IMG/VR virus record: IMGVR_UViG_3300009071_000006
Length of the DNA: 64,000 bases
Reading direction: 5' to 3' (one strand)
Source of the DNA: a virus
Shown here: one piece after another, positions 40,472 through 51,300 of the stretch
Layout: every line of letters starts with the position of its first letter
How positions within the stretch are numbered: the first letter of the stretch is position 1
The notes under the pieces: model-generated
What the model was told of the DNA's origin: nothing
Database searches by the model: none
Seen by the model: the letters and a program-made list of their open reading frames with translations, nothing else
Program-made: the position numbers and the translations under genes

Positions 40472-42554
40472 TTATCGAGTTGTCACGAAGTATGAATTTT
40501 TTTGGTGATCCTGCAAGCTCCCAATCTTTTTTATTTTGATCCTCACCCATATATTGCGGAACTCCACGATAATGATTATATCTTGCTACCTCCTTATCGA
40601 TCCAAATTATATCTGAACTATCTATCGGATTTGCTTCATGTACATTTAGTCCGTCTTGCATCTTGCCCAAAACTAAATTTTTAGGCATATGAGATTCGTA
40701 TCCCCAATTTATTATATCCTTTACTGCTTTTCCTCTTATTCGTTGATCAAATATTCGTTGCTTAAATTTTATTACTTTAGCATTTGGATATTCATCAATT
40801 AATTCTCTAATGTCATTGTGTTTTTTTAGAACTAAATATTCATCAGGGTCAGCAAAGAACCAAAAGGTCGAAGGTTCTTTGATCGTAGAATCCTTCAATG
40901 ATTCCCATTGACTAAGAGGATAATTATATTCGTGATCTTTTCCTTTTTCCCAAGGAATAACTTCGACATTAGGATAGTCTGCTTCAATCTGTTTTAGCAT
41001 TTCTAATATTTTATCATCTGAAAGATCGTCAAAGTATTCAATGTCGGGTTTTTTCTTCCATCGTTTTTTTGCTTTTTCCTCTTCGGTTAATTCTCTTCCT
41101 CCCTCTGCCCACTCACTATCATCGAATGACAAAGTGCCATTGTCATAGATTCTGATTTTCTCAAATCCTAAATCCATGTGATGATCTATCCATTCCTTTA
41201 GCCAAGGCACTTCAATTCGCCTAAGAATAATTGCTGATAGTCCTGTATTTTCATAACGATTTATTCTTTTTGAATATATAATTTTATCAAAAGGTGGACT
41301 GCCTTCATCCATATATATTTTTTTTCTTGATTGATCTTTGTGATCAAGCGGAGAACCGCAATAATGATATATTTCTATATCATCCCTATCTGCGTAATTG
41401 TGACTATCTCCAACTTTTAAATTATGTATTGTAGAGTTCCTAGATACTTCTCCATCTATTAAGCATTTTCTCATTTTCTCATCCATGCTCCAATTGGTGA
41501 TAGAAGATACAGACTTGCCTATTTTTCTTTCGCTAAACAACTTTGATGGAATCCTGATACTTGAACTATTAATGAGACCACTTTCAGTTAAGTAGCCTTG
41601 TATGTTATTGTGTTTATGTAAGTGTAGAAACTCATCAGGGTCTATGTATAGCCACTTATACTTTATGTCTTTGCAGGAGTCGTACACCATCTGCATTTGA
41701 CTTTCAGGGTAAGGGTAGTCGTGGTTTACTCCCTGCACCCACTCTACTATTTCTACTTCAGGATGTGCATTTGCTATATTATAAAGCTCTCTAGTTGTTT
41801 CTTCGTTATCCTTGTCGGTAATATAATATATGTTTGGTTTTTTGCTCCACTTGTACTGTTTTTCAAATTGATCAAATTCGTTTTCATATTGAGTATCATT
41901 ACTTATGAACCCATTATTATATATTAAAAATTTTGTTACTCCTAATCTTTTATGGTGATTAATCCATTCATTTAACCAAGGTAATTCTATTCTAGGTAAT
42001 ACAATAGTTGCTATACCTATATTAATTTCTTGTGGTGCAAAAGTATGATTATAAATAAAAGTAGTTTTACGAAAGGTTTCTACTTTAGTATTACTTCCAT
42101 TAAAATTAAATAAATTCCAATTGTCTAGTGCATTGTAGTTTTTAAAATCATATTTAGTTAAAGGTTTACTATATATCTTTTTTGCTCTTTTTTCTTCCTT
42201 ATATCTTTTTGATTTTATTAAACTCCATGTTTTCCAAAATTCTTTGTGTAACCTAAATAATTTTATAAATGTTTTTGTATCTTTATGCCTTAGGTCTAAA
42301 CATATTACACCCAAGTCCCACTTACATATAGCAAAAGCTTTGTCATCTAAGTGTATATTTACTTCTTGCTCAGATATCCATTTAACATGATCTTGTATTA
42401 TTATAATTTTGTCATGAGAATAAATAAACTTCTCTAACAAATTAATCAGATTTTTTACCTCACTTGTTACGAGATAAGAATATCCAAATTTTATACAGTA
42501 TTGTAAAACTTGTTTGTTTGACTCTGAAAATACAAATATCGTTCTATCATTCAC
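40452..42554 (-). CDS. Tandem GT92/DUF23-like glycosyltransferase (two catalytic repeats plus N-terminal domain), GTG start
   Basis: Repeat 1: TIVLPRIELPWLNEWINHHKRLGVTKFLIYNNG...YIDPDEFL. Repeat 2: SAIILRRIEVPWLKEWIDHHMDLGFEKIRIYDNG...FADPDEYL. Confidence 0.55.
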   Translation of the reverse strand: MNDRTIFVFSESNKQVLQYCIKFGYSYLVTSEVKNLINLLEKFIYSHDKIIIIQDHVKWISEQEVNIHLDDKAFAICKWDLGVICLDLRHKDTKTFIKLFRLHKEFWKTWSLIKSKRYKEEKRAKKIYSKPLTKYDFKNYNALDNWNLFNFNGSNTKVETFRKTTFIYNHTFAPQEINIGIATIVLPRIELPWLNEWINHHKRLGVTKFLIYNNGFISNDTQYENEFDQFEKQYKWSKKPNIYYITDKDNEETTRELYNIANAHPEVEIVEWVQGVNHDYPYPESQMQMVYDSCKDIKYKWLYIDPDEFLHLHKHNNIQGYLTESGLINSSSIRIPSKLFSERKIGKSVSSITNWSMDEKMRKCLIDGEVSRNSTIHNLKVGDSHNYADRDDIEIYHYCGSPLDHKDQSRKKIYMDEGSPPFDKIIYSKRINRYENTGLSAIILRRIEVPWLKEWIDHHMDLGFEKIRIYDNGTLSFDDSEWAEGGRELTEEEKAKKRWKKKPDIEYFDDLSDDKILEMLKQIEADYPNVEVIPWEKGKDHEYNYPLSQWESLKDSTIKEPSTFWFFADPDEYLVLKKHNDIRELIDEYPNAKVIKFKQRIFDQRIRGKAVKDIINWGYESHMPKNLVLGKMQDGLNVHEANPIDSSDIIWIDKEVARYNHYRGVPQYMGEDQNKKDWELAGSPKKFILRDNSINDLGKK

Positions 42555-42555
42555 A

Positions 42556-45500
42556 TTACTCTGTAAAACATTCGTTTTCTGCTGTGAGAAGCCTTGTGTG
42601 ACTGAATGTATTTATTTCATACCATGATGTAGGAGAAGGTGATCGATTATAATAATCGTTTATCGGATTGTATGGAGGTTCAGGTTTTCTCCATCTATCT
42701 CTCCTATCAGGCATAGTAGAACTGAGACTGTGTGGAAAGTTTTGCCTATAATCATCAAAGTCTCGAAATCCTCCCTGTGTTGTACTTCCATGATCAGGTC
42801 TCGGCCATGCACCATTCCTTGCTTGATTGTAAGGTGCAAGCTCTGCTGATAAACGCTTGTCCTGCACTAGTAGCTTTGTGTTACCCGCTATGTTTTTCCA
42901 TGATGAGCTTTGTGCGCTTGTTGACCATTTAGTAAATGTACTATCATCGGCTGACTGTGTTGTCACTCTTATGTTAACAGGTCTTGAGCTTGATGTATTT
43001 GTTCCTCGTCTTACCTCTCCCCAAAATGCATCTCCTGCACCTGTAGCATAAAAGGAGTGTCCTGACTTTGCTTGATTTCTAGTAAACTCTCTGTGTCCTC
43101 TATGATACTGTCTTCGTTGCTTTGCTATTCGTTGCCTTTGTTCGTAATCTGCCCCTGCAACAACTGCTTCCATGATCTTTCCGTTTTTAAGTTGATCATT
43201 TAAATATTCAAATTCTACAAAATTATTAATTGGGTCATCGCCATATGTGTTTAGTCGTCTATATCTTGCATGATTTCGATCTTCATTTATTTGATCGTAT
43301 CTTTTTGCTATATTTACATTAAATCTATCAGAGTATGCTTCATAAAAGTCATCTTTGTAATTTGTATTAGTGTATGCACTAGGATTGCTTACCCACAATT
43401 GCCCTGTATCTGTTCCTTTATATTGATGCAAAAAGCTAATTCCTTCTGTCTCACTTTTCTCACCGCACAGACCATAATGCTTTATGTCTGTAGAGTCCTT
43501 GTCCATATTTTCGTAACTAAGAGCATTCATCGTAGTAGTAAACGACCCCAATGCTGTAGTTTCAAATGTCCTAATTAAGGTATAATCAGAAGTCTTCACA
43601 AGCTCATACTTCATTGTCTTAAACTCTGTCTCGCCTCCCTTAAATGCCACCTCACTTGTGCTTGCTGTAGATGTAGTGTAATAATCTCCGTAGTACTGTG
43701 ATGTCCCTTCTACTTGAGTAATGTCTGTCGTTGTAAACTCATTTGCTACGGAGTCGTCCTCAAACACACGAAATGTATAAGGAGGTGCAGTTATATCAAA
43801 AACTACATACGATATAATTTCATCAGGCTTGAAGTTTTTATTATCATAAGCACCTAAAGCTAAACTTGAAACTTCTGAAAACTTTCCATATGCTTCAACA
43901 CTTGGGTACTCACTTTTTATTGTGCTACTTGATTGTAGTATTGTCTTCGTAGTAAATGTTTCGTCTACCATTGCGGTATAAGGAAACACATCTCTTATTG
44001 GTGTTACGTATGTCCATGAGCCTCCAAAGTATTTAGGCTTACAACTTACATATGCAAATCCACGAATTTCATTATAGGTTAAAGTAGTTGATCCTGTTGT
44101 TGACTGACTTCCTTCTGCAATAACATCATTCTTTGCGTACAAATTAGTTACTGTGTATGTAATGTCAGACAAAACATGAGCGCCATGACTTATATCTACG
44201 ATTCTACCTGTCATACTATTTAAGTATGTTACATACTTGCCAATATCTTTGGTAGAACGAGGTGAAGTGTAAGCTTTAGGCTTTGACCAAACTGAAGAAG
44301 TTAATTTATGTTCTCCTTGCGCCCCTACAGTAGTTTCGTATGTAAGGCTTTTTACTCCTTTTAAAAATGCATTTAATCTGTTTTTTAATTTATTTCTTCC
44401 TCTGTCCACAGGTGGCACGCAAGGAATTGGAAATATCTCTGCTGAAGAAGTAGGAATGCCAAAAGGACCGTATATATTCCACGTCCAATCAGATTTCGTT
44501 TCCCCTGATTGACCCCATACTGAAAGGGTGTCAGATAAATCTGTACAGTCTGTACCTGTGTTTCCTGATTGATCTGTTGTTACTGTTTCCTGTGATGCAG
44601 TTCCTGCTACCAACTCCGTGCGAAAAAACTGTTCTGTCTGTGGAGTTGTTGCTGTAGTTTCATATATTGTTTCATAGGTGTGACTCCAAAATGTCCAAGA
44701 AACCTGAGTGAAGCAACAAGTAGCAATAGGTGGCTCAATTTCAGGAACATCTTTAGGTGGTTGTTGAAACTTACATTGTTTCCATTTGCCTATTTCTTCT
44801 AATCCATTCAGCCACGGGTATCCATACTTACATCTAAGATAAGAAAAGATGTAAAGCATATCGTCATTTACTTCATCTAGCTTAGTAGGTGAGTATGTAA
44901 ACATACGATTTCCACCATTCTCTGAAAGTAGTTCTTGATCAAAGAACATCCATTCAAAATGCCTAATTCTTCTTTCTTTACTTATGCTTGCTGAATCAAC
45001 TTCGGTAACAGATGATGCATTTCCTATAGTTATATTTTCTGCTGAAAGCGAATAGCATAATTTAGATGTTACTGTATACCAAGCTTGCCCATTGTATGTG
45101 CAATTTAAGCCATTGGCATTTGCTACTATTGCAAATAAGTCTAGCTTTTGAGCATCTAGACCAACTTCAATAGAGTATTCTTTATTAAAAGCTGTTTCGT
45201 CATCTGACTTACCTGATATATCTAACGAGCAATCAGTTTGTGTTGATGACCACCACTTCCCATGTGTTGGCGATATGATATGTGTTGTTACAGCAGGAAA
45301 ACCCATGCTATCCCTGTCACTTCTTTTTAATGTAAATTCATTTGTGCCTTCATTTATGCTCTTTACTACATATTCTTCTGATGCCTGTCCTTCTTTATTA
45401 AAAGGATTAAGAATGTGTACATTACCTACGCTTTTTACAACTCCACTTTTTATTGGCTGTTTTATGCTTTCGTAAAGCTTGATAGTAAACGATCCTACTG

Positions 45501-46353
45501 TGTTTGTTCTATCAAAGTCTTCTAATCTAAATCCAATTGTTGCATTTTTAGTTGCCGTAAAAGATTTGGTATATTCGCCTCCGTTTATGTAGGTTGCATT
45601 GTAGTCACTTATTGGAATCCCTTGAGAGTTTGATATTCCAAAACTTATAACATTAGCCTTCCCGACGTTTCCTTGTGGGATTTGAAAATTGCCATCTACA
45701 ATAGTTCCATCTTCTCTTGTAGCCTTGCCTGTTACCTTAATTGTATAATGGTTGCCCTGCTTTAGCTCTGTAGTGCTGTGTGTATATTCATACTCAGATG
45801 CAGAGTAAGTAATTTCCTCTAAGTAGTTTGACTTAATGTATTCCGCAAAAAAGTCTTCCCTGAATTTTATTTTATCTCCTACTTCAGGTAGGTTTCTTTT
45901 GTATCTTACCTCTATATAGCTTGAGGTCTTTGTTGTGTCGCCCATAAACAACAGAGTTTGATCACCTCCGTCTTTAAGGCTTATCTTACTATCTCCTGTG
46001 CCATGAATTAGCTCAGTAAGCCCTACTGCCATCCAAGAGTCCTTAACTCCTTGTATCGCATCTGTTGATCCTTGTACTCCATCTAGGAAACTTAATGCCT
46101 TTACTGTTCTGCTATGCCCTCCATCAATATCTTTACACGCATCTTCGTGAGTCCATAACTCCCAATTGTTTACTCCCTTAACATTAAGTATACTAGAGTC
46201 TCGTCCTGCCCTGTCTTTTGTTTGTATTTCCTCAAATTTTTCAACGCGCGGGTATTGTCCTGTAAAAACTAGATTATTTGTTTTTGGATTTTGCCTAGTG
46301 TCTCCGCAATGATCTAAGCTGTGAATGTCTATAAGTTCTGTTAAATTACTCAT
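42556..46353 (-). CDS. Giant virion/tail-associated protein (1265 aa)
   Basis: ORF track. Beta-rich and Thr/Ser/Tyr-rich, in the tail module. Shares the C..SWTFWS motif with the 1617-aa protein. Confidence 0.6.
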   Translation of the reverse strand: MSNLTELIDIHSLDHCGDTRQNPKTNNLVFTGQYPRVEKFEEIQTKDRAGRDSSILNVKGVNNWELWTHEDACKDIDGGHSRTVKALSFLDGVQGSTDAIQGVKDSWMAVGLTELIHGTGDSKISLKDGGDQTLLFMGDTTKTSSYIEVRYKRNLPEVGDKIKFREDFFAEYIKSNYLEEITYSASEYEYTHSTTELKQGNHYTIKVTGKATREDGTIVDGNFQIPQGNVGKANVISFGISNSQGIPISDYNATYINGGEYTKSFTATKNATIGFRLEDFDRTNTVGSFTIKLYESIKQPIKSGVVKSVGNVHILNPFNKEGQASEEYVVKSINEGTNEFTLKRSDRDSMGFPAVTTHIISPTHGKWWSSTQTDCSLDISGKSDDETAFNKEYSIEVGLDAQKLDLFAIVANANGLNCTYNGQAWYTVTSKLCYSLSAENITIGNASSVTEVDSASISKERRIRHFEWMFFDQELLSENGGNRMFTYSPTKLDEVNDDMLYIFSYLRCKYGYPWLNGLEEIGKWKQCKFQQPPKDVPEIEPPIATCCFTQVSWTFWSHTYETIYETTATTPQTEQFFRTELVAGTASQETVTTDQSGNTGTDCTDLSDTLSVWGQSGETKSDWTWNIYGPFGIPTSSAEIFPIPCVPPVDRGRNKLKNRLNAFLKGVKSLTYETTVGAQGEHKLTSSVWSKPKAYTSPRSTKDIGKYVTYLNSMTGRIVDISHGAHVLSDITYTVTNLYAKNDVIAEGSQSTTGSTTLTYNEIRGFAYVSCKPKYFGGSWTYVTPIRDVFPYTAMVDETFTTKTILQSSSTIKSEYPSVEAYGKFSEVSSLALGAYDNKNFKPDEIISYVVFDITAPPYTFRVFEDDSVANEFTTTDITQVEGTSQYYGDYYTTSTASTSEVAFKGGETEFKTMKYELVKTSDYTLIRTFETTALGSFTTTMNALSYENMDKDSTDIKHYGLCGEKSETEGISFLHQYKGTDTGQLWVSNPSAYTNTNYKDDFYEAYSDRFNVNIAKRYDQINEDRNHARYRRLNTYGDDPINNFVEFEYLNDQLKNGKIMEAVVAGADYEQRQRIAKQRRQYHRGHREFTRNQAKSGHSFYATGAGDAFWGEVRRGTNTSSSRPVNIRVTTQSADDSTFTKWSTSAQSSSWKNIAGNTKLLVQDKRLSAELAPYNQARNGAWPRPDHGSTTQGGFRDFDDYRQNFPHSLSSTMPDRRDRWRKPEPPYNPINDYYNRSPSPTSWYEINTFSHTRLLTAENECFTE

Positions 46354-48335
46354 GATCTATTGAAAGGTGGAAACTCAAAAACAAATATAGCATCACCTCC
46401 TGCGTTGTTAAACCATATTGGCATCATTGCACCATCTCTTAGATTTTTTGTTAGGTTCATTTTAGATCCGTGACTAAATATTACACTTAGGTTTCTAATT
46501 CTTAACTCTTCATTGTGAGCCTTGAAATAAAAATCTAATCTGTTATTTAAAGTCTCCTCTCCACTAAATGAGCTTTGCGTAGTCCAACCATCGTCCCACC
46601 ATCTATTAGTTTTAATGGTTTGTATGTTTGCTGTTTGAAAGTCATGTAAAAATTCTATCTCAGGATGCCCTAATACCCATTTTAAATCTTGTGTCCCAAA
46701 CTCAGTAAACTGCCATGTGTATTCTTTCCACGCTGTCCACGTGTAAGTAATTTTTCGATTAAAATCAATTGCTCTTCTTATATAGTCTGCTCCCCCAACT
46801 AGATCATCTTGATTTTGTGGATATCTTTTAAACCATGTTATTCTAAAAGTTGGAAGTACTTCTGCATTTCCTATATTCCACGTCTTAAAGTAGGGATAAT
46901 TTGTTTCTGAGAAGTCAGGAGTATTTGTATTTAATTTCCATATATTAGGATAGTATTCCCAAAACTTAAACCTCAAAGAAGAATCCGTTGGTGTATTTGA
47001 GTTTCCTACAGGGTCTTCTAGAGCAGGAGCGGGTCTTATCAACTCTTTCTCTTTTTCCTTTTGGATTTCATCTTTAACTTTTTCTTTTTCTACCTCAAGT
47101 TCGTAGTTGGACTCTTTAGGTTGCAATGGTGATCTATCAAGCTCTTCTATTAGGTTGTTCACACCATCTTGCTTTTCCTCTGACACGTAGGGTTCTGCAT
47201 CTAAGTCATCTTCACTTAACTCATTTTCCGATAATGTGAGTGGATAGTTTCGAGAATTTGCTACTCTTGAACCTATGTCTATTGCTACGCTATCATAGTT
47301 TATATCGTTCTTAGTATCATCATCTATAAAGTAAAATATTTTTTCCGCACTAAATTCAAAAAGTCTAGCCAATGGAATAAGTGCTATATGACCTTCATAA
47401 CCTAATGTGCATGAAGCCTCTGTTAACACACTTGGGCTGTTTGTCCAAAAAGGATCGTCATATGAATTTTCTCTAATTGCATATACAGGATTTGAACCTG
47501 TTCCATATTTTGTAATTACTGCTACATGAGTAATCTCTCCATCTTCATTTAGCTTAACTCCCTGCACTCGTACTCTTACCCAATCTGTAGGGTAAATTAC
47601 TCCGTCTAGTGTTTGAGTCCACTTGTCTTGAATTTCCGTAAACAAAGGAGTGTAGCCTTTGTCGTGAGGATTGTGATGGTTGTATCTCCATAAAAAAGCA
47701 CCACTTACAAAACCCTCTAAGCCTTGATAGATTTTTTGCTTGTTCGATATAGCTGAAATGCTTGATGCAAGCTTCCCTTCGCTAAAATAATTTTTATATG
47801 TTTCTGTTTGTATTCCTGCTTCTAGTATACCTGTTTGCTCTAAAGCTCCTTGATACTCTTCTGTTGCATCATCATTGTATGCATGAATTTTCTTTTTTAC
47901 GCCCCACGCAGGATGCCCTTTGTCTGCCATGTACCATTTTGCTAAACCGCAAACCCCTAAAGGATGCCAAGGCATTGCATTCTCCACTAGGTATGACTGC
48001 TTGTTTTCTATAGGTCTCCACTTCGGAATAGTTTCTGTAAATGTTCCTTTAGTTGTGATTGGTGGATATGTATTAATTGTTGACTTACAAGTCTCGCAAG
48101 TTTCAGATTTTCCTGTAGTTGTAGCTATAGTAGTTCTTGTTACAGGCGGTATTGTAACAGTCTTTGTCTTTGTACAATCTGAGTAAGATGTATACTCACT
48201 ACTAAACTTATCTGAAAAGGTAACAGGGCACTTAGTTTCATGCGTAGTTGTGTCTTCAGTTTTTGTATATGTAACAACAGTATGCTGAATTGCACGCGAG
48301 AAATCTCTAATGCCTTTATTAAGTGGAGTAGGCAT
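46350..48335 (-). CDS. Virion/tail-associated protein (661 aa), Thr-rich N-terminus
   Basis: ORF track. ATGA-type overlaps with its neighbours. Confidence 0.6.
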   Translation of the reverse strand: MPTPLNKGIRDFSRAIQHTVVTYTKTEDTTTHETKCPVTFSDKFSSEYTSYSDCTKTKTVTIPPVTRTTIATTTGKSETCETCKSTINTYPPITTKGTFTETIPKWRPIENKQSYLVENAMPWHPLGVCGLAKWYMADKGHPAWGVKKKIHAYNDDATEEYQGALEQTGILEAGIQTETYKNYFSEGKLASSISAISNKQKIYQGLEGFVSGAFLWRYNHHNPHDKGYTPLFTEIQDKWTQTLDGVIYPTDWVRVRVQGVKLNEDGEITHVAVITKYGTGSNPVYAIRENSYDDPFWTNSPSVLTEASCTLGYEGHIALIPLARLFEFSAEKIFYFIDDDTKNDINYDSVAIDIGSRVANSRNYPLTLSENELSEDDLDAEPYVSEEKQDGVNNLIEELDRSPLQPKESNYELEVEKEKVKDEIQKEKEKELIRPAPALEDPVGNSNTPTDSSLRFKFWEYYPNIWKLNTNTPDFSETNYPYFKTWNIGNAEVLPTFRITWFKRYPQNQDDLVGGADYIRRAIDFNRKITYTWTAWKEYTWQFTEFGTQDLKWVLGHPEIEFLHDFQTANIQTIKTNRWWDDGWTTQSSFSGEETLNNRLDFYFKAHNEELRIRNLSVIFSHGSKMNLTKNLRDGAMMPIWFNNAGGDAIFVFEFPPFNRS

Positions 48336-48339
48336 CTTG

Positions 48340-51300
48340 TTACTTTATTGAACTTGTTACTGTAAATGCTTCTTCATAAGTTCTTACATTACCAATAACT
48401 AACCATGTGTTGCCTGAAGCGTGCCATGTTGCAGTACAAGAGTCTCCGTTATTTTTCATCCAACTAGCACTTGATAAATCTCCTGATACTGCCCATCCTC
48501 CATCAGGAATAACATTGTCAATTGCTCCTCCTGCGTCTTTTGCTAAAATCCTAACAGGGAAATCGTTTCGATTGATAAAATTGCATTGCCATCCATCAGC
48601 AGGATCATACGGAAGAATTAAATCCATCGCATTCACTTTACCATCTGCCAATATTGTTGCTCCATGTGCGCTAACATCTACATCATACTGTGGGTCTATT
48701 CCTGTGGTGAGAAATCTATTGTATGGAGTTTGATCTGCCCATGCTACATCATAGTCTCCTTCGCCTACTTTAATTAGTACCTGTCCCCTTGTTCCTCCTT
48801 GAGTTACAGGTCTAGTTGTTTTATGTGGATGCGTTGAACTGAGGTTATCTGTAAGCCCCCATTTATGAGCAAGGTAGCCTTCTTTCTGTAAAGCTTGAGC
48901 ATCTGTAATGTGAGATAATCCAAGAACCCATTCGCAATGTTTTGATATTGCTGTAGCAGTTTCTGCGGGATCTCCTATTGAAAAATCTTTTGCATTAATT
49001 GATCCTGTTATATCCGCAGATATGGCTGATCCTATTAAGCCACCATTTAACCTGACTTCGTAATCTACAGACCTTGCTTTAATTCCCAAAACAAAAACAT
49101 TTCCTGTAGTTACGGAGGATGCTAAAGTTGTCGTGCTAATTGAGTTAGTGTTACTTGTAGTAGTAAGTTTTAAATTGCCTGTATCTATATGCACCTTAAA
49201 TGATCCTGTGGTGCTTCCATTACCATAATCTATGATTATTCCATCCACAGTATTATCAATTTGAAATACTCCAAATATATTAAAGTCGCCATCAGCAGAT
49301 GCAGGATTTGAATTAGTTTTTAATGTATCAGTTACTCCGTCTAATGTAACAACATTAAGTGCGCTAAATCCTGCTGTTACTCCTGTGTATGAAGCTAATG
49401 CAGGGAAATTAACAATAGATGGATTAACCATATTAACTCCCTGAGCATATGCGTCAGCCCATGTAAGTATACCGCTAACATTAGATGTAATAGTAGAAGC
49501 TTTAGACGAGTCTACCCAAAATTCACTATTTACTTCAGCAGGAGTAAAGTCTGTATCTCCTGTTCCTGTTCCTGTAGTTTCTCCTCCACCGCCTGTAGGT
49601 AATCCTGCGGCGCTTCCGTTTGCTCCTGTATCTCCTTTTAATGAAGATGAAGTAAATTCAGTTCCATCATCTAGAGTTATTGTTATTGAAAATGCGGGTT
49701 TACCTTCTTCCGTTCCATCATTTTCTTCAATAGTAGATACACTTACTCCGTCTGCTCCGCTCGATGTATTAACCCTAACTACCCATACTCCGTTTTCTTT
49801 CCTAGAAATATCTTTAGTTGTGAAGTTAAAATAATAATCTCCATCGCTTCCTAGATCATCAGAAGGTAATGAGTAACCCCCATACCAAGCTGTAGCATCT
49901 AGGGTAGCCAAACCCCATTCCTGAAGCGACTCACTCCATCTTATTAGTTGACCATCAGTTAGCGGTGAATCCGCAAGACGATTAACATTTGTGAGTCCTC
50001 CTAGCGTAAGCCCTTCAGGATTGGCAACATCTACTATTTTATTCCAACAAGTAGTAAGATTTAAATATTTTAAATATGATACAGAAAGATTTACCTCATC
50101 TTTTGTAAGCAGTTGGAAGTGAACTTCAGGATAATCTGAGGTATCACTAAGCTCTTCAAGGAATATCTCGCCACTAAACGCTGAGCCAAAAGATATAGTG
50201 TCTGCCGTTCCTGTGTTTGTGTGAGTGTTACCTTCGGCATCCGACAACGCACCTATTGTTAAGCTCTTTCGCTCAGGGTAAAAATTTAATAAGTTTGTTT
50301 CAGAACGAGTTAAAGTGCTTGGGTCTTCTACTCCTTGTGTTGTTATTTCTCTTACAGCGAATCCTCCGCTTGAGTCCCTGATAGCCCATGCTGTATTATC
50401 CCAAGTAATCCATTTAGAGTTGTTGTTTAAATATGCATTTTTACCGCTTACTTCTGCCAACTGTAATGTGTAAACGCCTTCATAGGCAGAACCAATCCCT
50501 ATACTGTCATCATCTGTAACTACAATATTGTCAGATGTTTTTGCATAAATTAAAATTTCGCAAGCCCCTGTAACTTCTAGATGTACTTTATTAAGCTTCC
50601 AATCTACAGATAAAGATGAGGAATCTTCTACATTTTCTGATGCATCCGTATGTATTGCTCCTGTCATCTTAACGCCATCCGTCGTGTGCGTTACTCCAAA
50701 ATATGGAACACCTCTTACATAGCCTTTTTTCTGCGGAATCGTTAAGGCTGTTTTTACACCTTCATTTACAAAACTCCCTACTTGAGTTACTGCTTTTTCT
50801 TTTAAGAAAATATACTCGTCAGTAGTTTCATTACCTGAAACACTAGGAAGAGTTGAAGAAGGGTAGTTCTGATTCTCAACATCCCATTTAGCTGTATTTA
50901 AATATACACCACATTCTCCATCTATGTTGGCATCAGGGCATCTAGCTAATGGCGGTGGAACAGGATCAGTATTAGATATTAATTCCCATTCGTTTTCCGT
51001 TTCGTCAAATACTATTTTGTAATCAGGAGCAGGATTTCCATTATCTCTATCTAGTGCATACTCTGCTCTTAGCCTTCCATCTACAGTCTCCATGAAGCCT
51101 GTAAATTCATATCGTCCATTTGGGTCTAAAGTGTTGTCATCGCCTGAAAAATCAGCAAAAGAAATTGTGAGTGAACTAACATGAGAAGTCTCCTTTTTTT
51201 GGTAAAGCTTTCCCTCTTCGCTATCTACATGAATTTGCCCTATATCTCCTGAGTCTCTTGTAATTATCTCAGTCCTCGTAAATGTAGTTCCATCAACTCC

